Shown: positions 33,163 through 54,475 of the stretch, in pieces
How positions within the stretch are numbered: the first letter of the stretch is position 1
How the letters are laid out: each line of letters starts with the position of its first letter
Source of the DNA: an uncultured delta proteobacterium
GTDB lineage: Bacteria > Desulfobacterota > Binatia > Bin18
Reading direction: 5' to 3'
Length of the DNA stretch: 64,000 nt
NCBI GenBank assembly: GCA_963733195.1
Contig: CAVTCR010000071.1
Location: forward strand, 96,001 to 160,000
The notes under the pieces: model-generated
Database searches by the model: none
The model's input: only the letters and a program-made list of their open reading frames with translations
What the model was told of the DNA's origin: nothing
Program-made: the position numbers and the translations under genes

Positions 33163-33797
33163 GCTGCTAGCCTTTCGTTTACTTTCTGAAACGCCGCTTG
33201 GGTAAAGAGCACCTGCTTATAATGCAACAGATCGTAGACATTAATCCCTTCACTTCGCAGCACTTTGGCCCACGGAATGTTCCGCGTCGCTTTCTCGACT
33301 TGTTCATTTGCGTCGGCAATAACAACAAGCACACTCTGCTGAAGCTGCAAGCGAGAGAAAAGTTCCAACATTTTCTTAGTTTTTATCTCTGGTAGAACGA
33401 TATCGTTGACAACAAATAGTGCACCTTCACGATGCTTATTTGCGAGTGCAGCTTTTAGTGCAGTAGCCCGCGCACTTTTCGGCAATCGGTAGGAATATGA
33501 GCGGGGTTGTGGCCCAAATATTGTGGCCCCACCAACCCAGATCGGCGAGCGTGAGCTTCCAGCTCTGGCTCGTCCAGTACCTTTTTGTCGCCACGGTTTC
33601 TTTCCACCACCACGGACAAAGGCGCGCGTCTTCGTCGCCGCCGTTCCTGCCCTTCGGTTCGCGCGTTGCATTTTGACCACCTCAAAAAGGAGGTGTTCGC
33701 GCGCAGGTTGTTGCGCGATCTCCGCCGGCAACTCGACCTCACCTACAGTTTCTCTTTCCGGCGAGAACACCGGAATACGTTGCGCTTGCCCTTCCAT
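33159..33797 (-). CDS. rplD: 50S ribosomal protein L4
   Basis: KPWRQKGTGRARAGS. Confidence 0.97.
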   Translation of the reverse strand: MEGQAQRIPVFSPERETVGEVELPAEIAQQPAREHLLFEVVKMQRANRRAGTAATKTRAFVRGGGKKPWRQKGTGRARAGSSRSPIWVGGATIFGPQPRSYSYRLPKSARATALKAALANKHREGALFVVNDIVLPEIKTKKMLELFSRLQLQQSVLVVIADANEQVEKATRNIPWAKVLRSEGINVYDLLHYKQVLFTQAAFQKVNERLAA

Positions 33798-33798
33798 G

Positions 33799-34437
33799 TT
33801 ACTTCTTTCCTACCGCCGCCTTGCGCACGAGCACAATCCCACCTGGTGCGCCAGGGACTGCTCCGCGGACAAACAACAAATGACCATCCTCACGAACATC
33901 AACTACGCGAAGATGGAGCTGGGTCATGCGATCATTCCCATATTGGCCAGCCATCCGTTTACCTTTAAAAATACGCCCCGGAAACGAACGGTTACCAATT
34001 GATCCCCCGTGACGAAAGTATTCATGGGTTCCACGACCATCAGGAAACCCAGACATACCGTGTCGTTTCATGACTCCGGCATACCCACGCCCTTTTGTCT
34101 TGCCGATAACATCAACAATTTCTCCAGGTTTAAAAAGGGAACTCGCAGTGACAGCATTCCCTACTTCGTATTGATCGATATCCCCGGTACGAAACTCGCG
34201 AAGTACCGCAAAGGGTTCAGCATTGGCCTTCTTGCAGTGACCAATAAGAGGTTTGTTCGCACGCTGCAACTTGCGTGTGCCAAAGCCAAGCTGAATAGCG
34301 GTGTACCCATCACGTTCGGAGGTCTTTTTTTGTACCACGGTACAGGGTCCGGCTTGAATAATCGTTACAGGGACGAGGGTGCCGTCAGGGGCAAAGATCT
34401 GCCCCATGCCAAGTTTTCTTCCAATCAGGCCGATCAT
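33799..34437 (-). CDS. rplC: 50S ribosomal protein L3
   Basis: GRKLGM.Q, DGY.AIQLG, KGKRMAG and GAVPG. Confidence 0.97.
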   Translation of the reverse strand: MIGLIGRKLGMGQIFAPDGTLVPVTIIQAGPCTVVQKKTSERDGYTAIQLGFGTRKLQRANKPLIGHCKKANAEPFAVLREFRTGDIDQYEVGNAVTASSLFKPGEIVDVIGKTKGRGYAGVMKRHGMSGFPDGRGTHEYFRHGGSIGNRSFPGRIFKGKRMAGQYGNDRMTQLHLRVVDVREDGHLLFVRGAVPGAPGGIVLVRKAAVGKK

Positions 34438-34450
34438 ACGATGGGCTTCC

Positions 34451-34769
34451 TTACTGAAGCTTTATTTCGACATCGACGCCAGCAGCAAGTTCAAGTTTCC
34501 CAAGGGCATCAATGGTTTGCTGCGTTGGGTCAAGGATATCGAGCAGTCGCTTGTGGGTGCGGATCTCGAATTGTTCGCGCGATTTTTTATCTACATGAGG
34601 AGAGCGGTTAACAGTAAATCGCTCAGTCCGCGTCGGTAGGGGAATTGGTCCGGCTACCCGCCCTCCGGTGCGTTTTACCGTCTCGACAATTTCTTTCACT
34701 GACGGTATCTAACACTCTGTGATCGTATGCTTTGAGACGGATACGAATTTTTTCGTTCATCGTTGCCAT
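34451..34769 (-). CDS. rpsJ: 30S ribosomal protein S10 (frameshift at about 34705)
   Basis: [15 protein letters not shown] in one frame; GPIPLPT...[13 protein letters not shown] in the next. Confidence 0.95.
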
Positions 34770-34775
34770 AAGACA

Positions 34776-35968
<1,193 letters not shown>

Positions 35969-36088
35969 CTGCTCGCTCCTTCTTACGCTAAAGTCAGTAA
36001 AAAGAAATTTTTAGAGAAGACGGGTCCTGAGGTTGTCGCATCGTACCAGCCACAACCTCGATCGCCGCTTCTGTGTTGTTATTTGGGG

Positions 36089-36139
36089 AGCCGCAATTGT
36101 AAAGGCTATTTCAGAAGAGTCAACGGCGTCTAGCTTACC
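36089..36139 (-). pseudogene. fusA: Relic fragment of elongation factor G (domain IV)
   Basis: Translates GKLDAVDSSEIAFTIAA, matching EF-G GSYHDVDSSEMAFKIA, at the position fusA occupies in the str operon. Confidence 0.7.
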
Positions 36140-36141
36140 AC

Positions 36142-36614
36142 TTACCAGCGGTAATGTGCAAATGCCTTGTTGGCCTCAGCCATGCGGTGGGTATCTTCGC
36201 GTTTTTTTACTGCTCCGCCTCGCTTCTGTGATGCCTCAAAGAATTCTCCCGCCAGTTTCTCTCGCATGTTTTTCTCCGGTCGTTGCCGTGCAGATTGGAC
36301 AAGCCAGCGCATAGCAAGAGAATTCCGACGTGTTCGTCCGAACTTCTATCGGGACCTGATACGTTGCTCCACCAACTCTTCGTGAACGCACCTCAACAAT
36401 AGGTTTCACATTATCAAGCGCTCGGCGAAAAGTCTCTACCGATTCTTCTCCAGTCCGCTTCCCGAGAATGTCCAGAGCTCCATAGAGAATTCGTTCGGCT
36501 GACCCCTTTCTTCCCGCCGTCCATCATCATGTTGATGAACTTTGTCACTACAAGATCATGATATTTTGGATCGGGAAGAATATCTCGTTGTGGTGCAGGC
36601 CCTTTACGCGGCAT
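36142..36614 (-). CDS. rpsG: 30S ribosomal protein S7 (two frameshifts)
   Basis: MPRKG...PDPKY; [15 protein letters not shown]; [21 protein letters not shown]. Confidence 0.95.
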
Positions 36615-36639
36615 AAATTGTCTCCTTGGCCTGTCATCG

Positions 36640-37010
36640 TTACTTCGGTTTTTTCGCACCATATTTTGACCGTCCTTGTTTCCGGTCCTGCACTCCAATG
36701 GAATCCAGGGTTCCTCGGATAATGTGGTATCGAACGCCAGGGAGATCTTTTACACGACCGCCTCTAATCAGCACCACAGAATGTTCCTGTAAGTTATGAC
36801 CAATGCCAGGGATATAGGCCGTCACTTCAATCCCATTCGTCAATCGTACGCGGGCAACTTTTCGCAAGGCAGAGTTAGGTTTCTTCGGTGTTGTCGTATA
36901 CACGCGTGTACACACACCGCGTCGTTGCGGACATGCTTGCAGCGCTGGGGTCGTCGCTTTCGTCGTTGCTGCTCTCTCCCTTGACGAACGAGTTGCTGAA
37001 TCGTGGGCAT
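36640..37010 (-). CDS. rpsL: 30S ribosomal protein S12 (frameshift at about 36958)
   Basis: MPTIQQLVR; [10 protein letters not shown]; [10 protein letters not shown]. Confidence 0.97.
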
Positions 37011-37074
37011 GCGTTCTCCTTAGCTATTACTCGCGTTATGCTTTATGCACCAACCGCACGGGAGCGGAGACTGT

Positions 37075-41130
<4,056 letters not shown>

Positions 41131-41147
41131 GATTACTCCTCTGCACC

Positions 41148-45268
<4,121 letters not shown>

Positions 45269-45292
45269 TCACTTCTCCTTCGGTTAAGATGA

Positions 45293-45685
45293 TTACTTTA
45301 ACTCAACCGTACCACCCGCTTCTTCCAGTTTTTTCTTCATGTCACCAGCCTCAGCCTTTGCTACGGCTTCTTTCACCGTCTTGGGCGCTCCATCAACCAA
45401 GTCCTTCGCTTCTTTCAGACCAAGCCCGGTCAATTCACGAACGACTTTGATGACTTGAATTTTCTTTTCCCCAGCGCCGGTTAGTACAACATCAAAGTCT
45501 TCCTTCTCGACTACAGCCGCAGGTGCCGCGGCAGCAGGTGCACCTGCGCCAGCAACAACCACCGGGGCCGCAGCAGTAACTCCCCACTTCTCTTCGAGCT
45601 TCTTTACCAAATCCGCGACTTCGAGAATGGTGAGCCCGGAAAGGGTACCAACAATCTCCTCCATTTTTTCCGGAGTAAGGGCCAT
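45293..45685 (-). CDS. rplL: 50S ribosomal protein L7/L12
   Basis: [23 protein letters not shown]. Confidence 0.97.
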   Translation of the reverse strand: MALTPEKMEEIVGTLSGLTILEVADLVKKLEEKWGVTAAAPVVVAGAGAPAAAAPAAVVEKEDFDVVLTGAGEKKIQVIKVVRELTGLGLKEAKDLVDGAPKTVKEAVAKAEAGDMKKKLEEAGGTVELK

Positions 45686-45721
45686 ACGTTCCTCCTTCAC
45701 ATCTCAGATATCAGATTAGGG

Positions 45722-46237
45722 TCAACTTAATTGCGATTTTCTTGCATCTAAAACACGAGCAAGCTGTGCGCCTGGCGCCGCGAGCGTACTCACAAGTTGT
45801 CCAGCCGGACGAGATAACATCCCGAGCAATTGCGCACGTAACGCTTCACGACTCGGCAACTGGGATAACGTCTCTACTCCAGTTGCAGCCAGGAATTGCC
45901 CGTCGGTCACTCCACCTTTGACCGTAAATTTTTGATGCTCTTTAGCGTACCGAGTAACAATCTTGGCTAATCCAACGGCGTCTCCATAACCAATGACGAG
46001 CCCGTTCTGACCGGTTAGCAGTTCCTTAAGAGAAAGATAGGGAGATCCCTCAATAGCCAGCGCAATAAGAGTGTTCTTCGCGACTCGATATTCACCTGCA
46101 ACTTCTCGCAGTTCCCGACGAAGCGCACTTATCTCGGCAACTGTGAGCCCTTTATATTCAGCAACAACTGCAGTCGTTGCCTTGCCAAGAAGCTCTTTCA
46201 GATCACCGACTTCTGTTTCTTTTGTACGACGATCCAT
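45722..46237 (-). CDS. rplJ: 50S ribosomal protein L10
   Basis: EYKGLTV...LRRELR, VAKNTL and LPSRE.L. Confidence 0.96.
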   Translation of the reverse strand: MDRRTKETEVGDLKELLGKATTAVVAEYKGLTVAEISALRRELREVAGEYRVAKNTLIALAIEGSPYLSLKELLTGQNGLVIGYGDAVGLAKIVTRYAKEHQKFTVKGGVTDGQFLAATGVETLSQLPSREALRAQLLGMLSRPAGQLVSTLAAPGAQLARVLDARKSQLS

Positions 46238-46269
46238 AGCTCGAATCCTGTTTCTCTTCTTTTTAGCAT

Positions 46270-46980
46270 CTAGACGGCAGCTTGTTGGGTAACAGAGATA
46301 GGATCAACTCGTACCCCTGGCCCCATAGTCGAGCTGACAGAAACACGAAGCAGATAGGTTCCCTTAGATGAGGACGGCTTCGCCCGTACTACAGTAGTCA
46401 ATAAAGAGGTCGCGTTGTCCACAAGCTGTTGTTCACTAAAGGAAGACTTGCCCACTGGAACATGAACATTCCCAGCTTTATCAACTCGATACTCGACTTT
46501 CCCACCCTTTAGTTCTTGGACAGCCTTGCCCACATCCATAGTCACAGTCCCAACTTTAGGGTTGGGCATAAGCCCACGTGGGCCAAGAATCTTTCCTAGT
46601 CGTCCTACCACCCCCATCATGTCAGGGGTCGCGATCGCTTTATCAAACTCAAGCCATCCTTCATCTGTAATACGTTTGGCAAGCTCATCGGCCCCAACAA
46701 CATCTGCCCCAGCCGCTTCCGCTTCCCGCGCCTTCTCTCCTTTTGCAAAGACAGCAACTCTCACTGTTTTGCCAGTTCCATGAGGGAGAATGACAGTACC
46801 TCTTACGTTTTGGTCAGCTTTGCGCGGGTCGACTCCAAGACGAAGAGCAAGTTCAACCGTCTCGTCAAACTTTGCTCTTTTAGTTTCACGAATGAGAGAA
46901 ACAGCCTCTTTCAACGAATACAGTTTCTCTCGGTCGATCTTTTCTGCTGCAGCTCGATAGCTCTTTCCTTTGCGCGCCAT
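46270..46980 (-). CDS. rplA: 50S ribosomal protein L1
   Basis: [14 protein letters not shown] and [11 protein letters not shown]. Confidence 0.98.
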   Translation of the reverse strand: MARKGKSYRAAAEKIDREKLYSLKEAVSLIRETKRAKFDETVELALRLGVDPRKADQNVRGTVILPHGTGKTVRVAVFAKGEKAREAEAAGADVVGADELAKRITDEGWLEFDKAIATPDMMGVVGRLGKILGPRGLMPNPKVGTVTMDVGKAVQELKGGKVEYRVDKAGNVHVPVGKSSFSEQQLVDNATSLLTTVVRAKPSSSKGTYLLRVSVSSTMGPGVRVDPISVTQQAAV

Positions 46981-46981
46981 A

Positions 46982-47407
46982 CTAGTCCACCACTTCGATG
47001 CCCATGCTGCGGGCGGTTCCTTCAACAGTCTTGATCGCTCCATTGATATCTATTGCGTTCAAGTCTGGAAGTTTTATCGATGCAATCTCTCTAACTTGCG
47101 CTTTTGTGATTGAACCAACGGTTTTCTTCGCCGGTTCTCCCGATCCTTTCTCTAGCCCGATTGCCTTTTTGATGAGAATAGAGGCTGGTGGGGTTTTTGT
47201 AACAAAAGAAAAGGAACGGTCAGCATATACCGTAATCACGACCGGAATCACAAGGCCTTGCTGCCCTTGCGTGCGGGCATTGAAAGCTTTGCAGAATTCC
47301 ATAATGTTCACCCCTCGCTGCCCAAGTGCTGGACCGACAGGAGGGCTAGGGTTTGCCTGGCCAGCCAGAATTTGAAGTTTGACTTCTCCCACAACTTTTT
47401 TTGCCAT
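46982..47407 (-). CDS. rplK: 50S ribosomal protein L11
   Basis: [13 protein letters not shown] and GTARSMGI. Confidence 0.98.
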   Translation of the reverse strand: MAKKVVGEVKLQILAGQANPSPPVGPALGQRGVNIMEFCKAFNARTQGQQGLVIPVVITVYADRSFSFVTKTPPASILIKKAIGLEKGSGEPAKKTVGSITKAQVREIASIKLPDLNAIDINGAIKTVEGTARSMGIEVVD

Positions 47408-47425
47408 ACGTACACTACCTAATAG

Positions 47426-47965
47426 TTATGCTTTTTCCACTTGCACAAGATCAAGTTCCACCGGAGTTGCACGTCCGAAGATACTGATCAAAACTCGCAG
47501 TTTCCCTTTGTCCGGCTTCACTTCTTCTACTACACCAGTGAAGTCTTGAAATGGCCCGTCGACAACTTTCACATTTTCCCCTGTTTCAAAAAGCACTTTC
47601 GGCTTCGGACGGAGTGCCCCTTCTTGCACTTGATGGTTGATCTCTAGGACTTCTGCTTCGGAAACAGGAGGAATCGTACTTGGGTCGTTTGTTCCGCCAA
47701 CGAATCCCGTCACTTTAGGAGTCGATTTTACAACGTGCCAGGTCTCATCGTTCATTTCCATGTTGACAAGAATGTAACCAGGGAAGAACTTCCGCGAGGA
47801 AGTTCTTTTTCTCCCTTTCACGAGCTCCACAACTTGTTCCTCGGGAACCAGAATGTCAGCAAAGTATTCTTGCTTCCCCAATGTTCGGATGCGCTCTTCT
47901 AGCGCAGCTTTTGCTTTACGTTCGTATCCTGAATACGTGTGGACAACATACCAAAGCTTGGCCAT
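47426..47965 (-). CDS. nusG: Transcription termination/antitermination factor NusG
   Basis: WYVVHTYSGYE, FPGYIL and IFGRATPVEL. Confidence 0.97.
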   Translation of the reverse strand: MAKLWYVVHTYSGYERKAKAALEERIRTLGKQEYFADILVPEEQVVELVKGRKRTSSRKFFPGYILVNMEMNDETWHVVKSTPKVTGFVGGTNDPSTIPPVSEAEVLEINHQVQEGALRPKPKVLFETGENVKVVDGPFQDFTGVVEEVKPDKGKLRVLISIFGRATPVELDLVQVEKA

Positions 47966-47987
47966 GGATGTCTCACAATCTGCCAAT

Positions 47988-48209
47988 TCAGCTTCTAAGG
48001 ATTGCCTGGAGAAGCCACGACAGCACCCAGTCAACAAGAAACAAATAGAGAGCAATAATCGTCACAAGGGAGATAACCACAATCGTAGCAGCTCGTACCT
48101 CCTTCCGCGAAGGCCATTGGACACGTTGAAATTCAGCCCACGCTTCCTGAAGAAAGGATCGGATAGTAAAAATCCATTCTTTCATTGCCAGCGGCACCAC
48201 AGATACCAT
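47988..48209 (-). CDS. secE: Preprotein translocase SecE (start may be 48185)
   Basis: E..RV.WPSRKE plus a transmembrane helix; position between tRNA-Trp and nusG. Confidence 0.92.
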   Translation of the reverse strand: MVSVVPLAMKEWIFTIRSFLQEAWAEFQRVQWPSRKEVRAATIVVISLVTIIALYLFLVDWVLSWLLQAILRS

Positions 48210-48242
48210 TTGTTACGTCAAGACAGAGAGGCTTGTTTTCAG

Positions 48243-48316
48243 CGGGTCAGGCAGGATTCGAACCTGCAACCCTCGGATTTGGAGTCCGATGCTCTAGCCA
48301 TTGGAGCTACTGACCC
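48243..48316 (-). tRNA. tRNA-Trp(CCA)
   Basis: GGGTCAG acceptor stem, CTCCAAA anticodon loop and GGTTCGAATCC T-loop. Confidence 0.93.
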
Positions 48317-48325
48317 CTCATTTCC

Positions 48326-48479
48326 TCACACTTTAGCCCTCTTTATGAGAGGTATGAATTCGGCAGAATGGACAGAACTTCCGCAAGGATATTTTTTCTG
48401 TAGTCGTTTTTTTGTTCTTTGTCGTAGTGTAGTTTTTATGCTTACACTGTTCACAAGAAAGGGAAATTAGGTCTCGCAT
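48326..48479 (-). CDS. rpmG: 50S ribosomal protein L33 (probable extra G near the 3' end; not in the ORF track)
   Basis: MRDLISLSCEQCKHKNYTTTKNKK...LRKFCPFCRIHTSHKE. Confidence 0.94.
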
Positions 48480-48505
48480 TACGATCTCTCCTTCACATTT
48501 GCGTA

Positions 48506-49697
<1,192 letters not shown>

Positions 49698-49766
49698 CTC
49701 TCACTCCTCACTGTTAGTTTAAATTAGAAGAGCTTCTGCTCCAGATGCCAGTAAAGCAATACTTTA

Positions 49767-49839
49767 AGCCCAGGAGCGGGATTGAACCGCCGACCTCGTC
49801 CTTACCAAGGACGTGCTCTGCCAACTGAGCTACCTGGGC
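49767..49839 (-). tRNA. tRNA-Thr(GGT)
   Basis: GCCCAGG stem and TTGGTAA loop. Confidence 0.93.
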
Positions 49840-49917
49840 AACGCCCCCTGCATCTCTTCCTTTTTACAATCAATACTCTACGTAAGACAGCTAAATAAAA
49901 CCTACATTGGAATAGAG

Positions 49918-49991
49918 AGCGGGAAACGGGATTCGAACCCGCGACCCCAAGCTTGGAAGGCTTGCGCTCTAGCCAGCTGAGCTATTCCCGC
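49918..49991 (-). tRNA. tRNA-Gly(TCC)
   Basis: GCGGGAA stem and CTTCCAA loop. Confidence 0.94.
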
Positions 49992-50030
49992 ATCATCGTG
50001 TTTCGCTGCCATCCACCCTAAGTTCATTTA

Positions 50031-50113
<83 letters not shown>

Positions 50114-50145
50114 AGATCTTGATTCACATTGCCATGACCGAGACA

Positions 50146-50217
50146 AGCTGACGATAGGACTTGAACCTACAACCTACTGATTACAAATCAGTTGCTCTAC
50201 CGTTGAGCTACGCCAGC
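50146..50217 (-). tRNA. tRNA-Thr(TGT)
   Basis: GCTGGCG stem and TTTGTAA loop. Confidence 0.93.
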
Positions 50218-50450
50218 AACTATTCGATTCCTGCGGACGTAGAGCAGGCGTTTCGTAGCCCAGAAGAGAAATACGACAGGAGAGACCATGTTTTACGTTT
50301 CACCAGTACGAGAGGTAAACCTTATCGATTCACCACACACAAGTCAAGAGCAGTGAACAAAGATCATGCCGAATCAAACTGAAGAAGGGCGGGTGTTTTT
50401 GGATACGGGAAAGTCGGAGAACATATTCTTTTCTATCGCGACCAAGGTGA

Positions 50451-51215
50451 TTATCTATTTTCCTTTTGTGGAAGTGTCCGACGTAAGAATTCATAGAGGG
50501 CGACAGCACCAGCGACGGAAACATTGAGAGAATCCACATGCCCCCGCATAGGGATCGAGACGAGACAGTCACACATCTGCTTTGTGAGTTGACGCAAGCC
50601 TTTCTCTTCTCCTCCAAGCACCAGGGCAATCTTATGAGAAAGCTGAAGTTCATAGAGAGATTGCGGCGCATCTTGGACAAGTCCAATGACCCAATAACCT
50701 CGTTCTCGAATCATCGATAATGCGCGGGCAAGATTTTCCACACGACAGATTGGTAAATACGCTGTCGCTCCGGTCGCAGTCTTTTCAGCCACAGCAGACA
50801 ATGGCACAGAACGCGATTCAGTGATGATTACCCCTGCAACCCCAGCTCCCTCTGCCGTTCGTAGAAGGGCTCCAAGATTACGAGGGTCAGCAAGCCCGTC
50901 TAGCACCAGTAAGAGTTCACCTTCTCGTTCGAGAATATCAGAGAGCACGGCATAAGGGAACGGAAGTAAGCGAGCAGCGACCCCTTGATGCACCCCTCCT
51001 TTGGTAAAATCCTCGAAGAAATCTGCATCCTGGTAGCGAATCGGGACCTGTGCTTGACGGGCTAATTCTTCAATCTTTGTCCCTTTGAGTGAGGGAAGCA
51101 AATAGAGCTCAAGAACATGCTGGGGGCGGGCGCGCAAATGTTCATGGACGGAGTGCCATCCATACAATCGGCGCGATTTACAATCTTTTTCTTTTTTCCT
51201 AGGATGCAGGCGCAT
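50451..51215 (-). CDS. rlmB: 23S rRNA 2'-O-methyltransferase (TrmH/SpoU family)
   Basis: HQGVAA, DPRNLGALLRTA, GGEEKGL and SLNVSVA; start position uncertain. Confidence 0.9.
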   Translation of the reverse strand: MRLHPRKKEKDCKSRRLYGWHSVHEHLRARPQHVLELYLLPSLKGTKIEELARQAQVPIRYQDADFFEDFTKGGVHQGVAARLLPFPYAVLSDILEREGELLLVLDGLADPRNLGALLRTAEGAGVAGVIITESRSVPLSAVAEKTATGATAYLPICRVENLARALSMIRERGYWVIGLVQDAPQSLYELQLSHKIALVLGGEEKGLRQLTKQMCDCLVSIPMRGHVDSLNVSVAGAVALYEFLRRTLPQKENR

Positions 51216-52347
51216 GGGCAAAACTTTACGTCGCTACGTCTATCGTGAACTTGCGACTCCCTTCTTTTTTGCTCTGCTCATTTTTACGATTATCTTATTT
51301 ACTGTACGAATCCTCAAGCTCGTTGAGCTCGTCGTAAATCGTGGAGTTCCGCTTGAACAATTGCTAGCGATCTTTCTCTACATTCTGCCAGCATTCTTCG
51401 AGGTCACAGTCCCTATGTCCTTTCTACTCGCTCTTCTGTGGAGTTTTGGCCGGTTGTCGTCAGACCGAGAAATTCTTGCGCTGAAAAGTTGCGGGATCAG
51501 TTTCAAGCAAATGGCTTTTCCTGTTGCGATCGTTACCGTCCTCATCCTCGGGGGAACATTTTTCCTCACTCTGTACGCGCGACCGTGGAGCAACACAGCA
51601 TTACGACAGGTTATCTATGAAGTCACGAAAACTCGCGCAACCGCAGGATTGAGGGAAAAAACCTTCAATGACGAATTCGATGGTGTTGTTGTGTACACCG
51701 ACGAGATTCAGCCTCCGGGCGATGTCCTTCAGGGCGTGATGATCGCGGACAACCGCACCGTAGAAAAGCAGAATACGATCTTCGCCCGTCAGGGACGCGT
51801 TGTCATTAATGAAAACAGCCAGTTACTTACACTCCGTCTTTTCGATGGAACAGTGCATAGCATCGAAGCGTCCCGTAAGGGTTACCAAACAACACACTTT
51901 TCCACGTATGATTTGACCCTTAACCTTGCGACTGCGCTTTCCGAGATGGCACGGACAACCACAACACCGTCAGAACTCTCGTTACGTGACTTGCGATCCT
52001 CTATTGAGCAAAAACAGAAAGACGGAGCCAATGTCAACGCCGAACTCTCTGAACTCCACCGTAGATTTTCTCTTCCCTTCTCTTGTCTTGTCTTCCTATT
52101 ACTCGCCCTGCCCCTCAGCATTCGTCCGATGTGGGGGTTTCGCTCCCAGGGATTTGCCATTAGTATTGTCATCATTGTCGCGTACTATGTTCTCCTTACC
52201 GTAGGAGAAACTCTCGGTAAGAAAGGTTCTCTGCCTCCAGCCATTGCACTCTGGCTACCGAATCTTGTCCTCGGAACTATTGGGGTAATACTCTTTAGGC
52301 GAGCGGCACAGGAAAAAGAAGGACTGTTCTTTTCCTCTGCGAAGTGA
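51214..52347 (+). CDS. lptF: LPS export ABC transporter permease LptF
   Basis: YjgP/YjgQ topology, GRLSSDREILALKSCGIS and ELHRRFSLP. Confidence 0.88.
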   Translation: MGKTLRRYVYRELATPFFFALLIFTIILFTVRILKLVELVVNRGVPLEQLLAIFLYILPAFFEVTVPMSFLLALLWSFGRLSSDREILALKSCGISFKQMAFPVAIVTVLILGGTFFLTLYARPWSNTALRQVIYEVTKTRATAGLREKTFNDEFDGVVVYTDEIQPPGDVLQGVMIADNRTVEKQNTIFARQGRVVINENSQLLTLRLFDGTVHSIEASRKGYQTTHFSTYDLTLNLATALSEMARTTTTPSELSLRDLRSSIEQKQKDGANVNAELSELHRRFSLPFSCLVFLLLALPLSIRPMWGFRSQGFAISIVIIVAYYVLLTVGETLGKKGSLPPAIALWLPNLVLGTIGVILFRRAAQEKEGLFFSSAK

Positions 52348-52387
52348 ACGTTCTTTTCGTTCAGTCGTTGGGGCAAGAACCAATAGT

Positions 52388-53498
52388 GATGCGAAACGAG
52401 TCGCGCATGTCTTCTCCGAATATTTCTTCTTCGCGGATCATTACCGTGTACTTGAGCAGAGAGTTTCTCCGTACTTTCTGCTTGTGTCTCTTATTTTTGT
52501 GGACGTTAGCATTGTTAATCGACTTCTTTGACCGCCTCGACGACTTCATCCGCCAGGATGCTAACGTTTCGTCAATTCTGCGCTATTTTTTCTTCAAAGC
52601 GCCTCTTTTCGTTTCGCAAATGGCCCCGGCGGCCGCCCTCACTGGGTCTCTGCTTAGCTTGAGTTTGCTTTCTCGTAGCCGGGAGCTGCTTGCGCTGAAA
52701 GCGTGTGGGTTTAGTACTGTCCAGATTGCTCGCCCATTACTGTTGGCTGCAGCTCTACTCAGCACTGGCGTATGGCTATGGAACGAGTTTGTCGTCCCTT
52801 TCTCTTTTCATAAAGCTCGACTCATTAATTCTGAAGAGATCAAGAAGAAGCCATTCAAAGGCTTCTTTGACGAACGCGGGTTTTGGTATCACGGGGAGAA
52901 TGCTTTTTACCACATTGAGCATTTTGACCAGCGGGCCAGTGTTCTTTCAGGGCTCACGGTGTACAGACTCGACGGACAATTTCAGGTTCGATCGTTAGTC
53001 GAGATCTCACGAGCTGTTTGGCAAGAAGGGCAATGGAAATGCGACAATTTCAGGGAAAAAGATATTTCTTCTGTCGGCTCCTCTACAGCGCAGGCGTGTG
53101 GCTCTTTATTACGTGAAACCCCAGACGACTTCTCCATTGTGGCGCTAGAGGCAGAAGAGTTTTCTTCTCAACAACTGCGTCAGTATATCTTTGATCTTCG
53201 TAGAAAAGGTCTGGACACGACGGTATATCAGGTTGACCTTTATCTGAAGGGAGCTCTTCCCATTGCAACACTGGCAATGACGCTTCTCGGCCTTTCTTTA
53301 GCTATCCCCGGGGCTAGGCAGCTTACGCTTGCGACTTCGCTAGGATTTGCGCTCGTAGTGGGATTTGGCTATTGGGTGCTGTTCGCACTTTCAGTTTCCC
53401 TCGGCCATAGCGGTGCACTGTCGCCCTTTCTCTCAGCTTGGATAGCGAACAGTGCAACCTGTCTTGTGGGAATTTTCTTTCTCTTGGGAGTGGATTAG
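52388..53498 (+). CDS. lptG: LPS export ABC transporter permease LptG
   Basis: ELLALKACG, WNEFVVP and G.LSPFLSAWIAN; tandem with lptF; start position uncertain. Confidence 0.85.
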
Positions 53499-53515
53499 TT
53501 CCTGGCAGAGAAACT

Positions 53516-53914
53516 TTAACGCTTTGAGTACTGTGGGCGCTTTCTCGCTTTATGCCTCCCGTACTTCTTACGCTCAACTTCTCGTGAGTCTCGCGTAATA
53601 TATCCCGCTTTCTTCAATGCCGGGCGAAACTCTGCGTTGACCTTGAGGAGCGCACGTGTCACTCCGTGACGGATCGCGGTAGCTTGGGCAGAGTTTCCAC
53701 CGCCTTGCACATTCGCAATCAAATCATACTGCCCTTCAGTTTGCGTCACTGCGAAAGGCTGTTGGACGACCATCTGCGCTGTTTCTCTGCCAAAATAGGC
53801 AGAGAGGGCTTGCCGATTCACTGTGTAGGCTCCACTTCCGTTAAAAAGACGTACTCGTGCCACGGCTGTTTTTCGCTTCCCAGTCCCCCAATATTCCGTT
53901 TTCCGTTCAGCCAT
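53516..53914 (-). CDS. rpsI: 30S ribosomal protein S9
   Basis: [12 protein letters not shown] and ERKKYG...PQYSKR. Confidence 0.98.
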   Translation of the reverse strand: MAERKTEYWGTGKRKTAVARVRLFNGSGAYTVNRQALSAYFGRETAQMVVQQPFAVTQTEGQYDLIANVQGGGNSAQATAIRHGVTRALLKVNAEFRPALKKAGYITRDSREVERKKYGRHKARKRPQYSKR

Positions 53915-53916
53915 AC

Positions 53917-54363
53917 CTACTCTCCAAAACTCAGTGCAGTTGGTTGCTGAGCACGGTGCGGATGCTCCGCGCCAGCATATACTTTTAGTTTTGTTGCCAT
54001 ACTCCGCCCGAGGCGATTCTTGGGCAACATTCCCTCGACCGCTAATCGCAACACTTCCTCGGGCTTCGACGCAAGCATCTGTCCGGCAGATGTTGAACGA
54101 ATACCGCCAGGATACTCAGTGTGCCGGTAGTAGATCTTATCTTGCAGCTTGTTGCCTGAGAATCGTACATGGCGAGCGTTAATAACAACGACAAAGTCCC
54201 CACAATCAAGGTGTGGAGAAAATGCGGGATTGTTCTTTCCCCTCAGGGCAGAAGCGATCACGCTTGCAAGCCGCCCCACGGTCTTGTCGGTTGCATCGAC
54301 GATGTGCCATCGCCGAGCACCGAGCAAGGTTCCTCTTGAGATTGTTTTTGTCTCCTTCTTCAT
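53917..54363 (-). CDS. rplM: 50S ribosomal protein L13
   Basis: [22 protein letters not shown] and HPH.AQQP. Confidence 0.97.
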   Translation of the reverse strand: MKKETKTISRGTLLGARRWHIVDATDKTVGRLASVIASALRGKNNPAFSPHLDCGDFVVVINARHVRFSGNKLQDKIYYRHTEYPGGIRSTSAGQMLASKPEEVLRLAVEGMLPKNRLGRSMATKLKVYAGAEHPHRAQQPTALSFGE

Positions 54364-54394
54364 TTCATCACTCTCTGTTCTCTATCGATAAGGG

Positions 54395-54471
54395 TGGCGG
54401 GGCCGACGAGACTCGAACTCGCGACCTCCGGCGTGACAGGCCGGCGTTCTAACCAGCTGAACTACGACCCC
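54395..54471 (-). tRNA. tRNA-Asp(GTC)
   Basis: GGGGTCG stem, CTGTCAC loop and encoded CCA. Confidence 0.94.
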
Positions 54472-54475
54472 ACCA

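Noticed and set aside
46238-46269. No room for an L10 leader between rplA and rplJ
   Set aside because: The leader is patchily distributed, so its absence is not remarkable.
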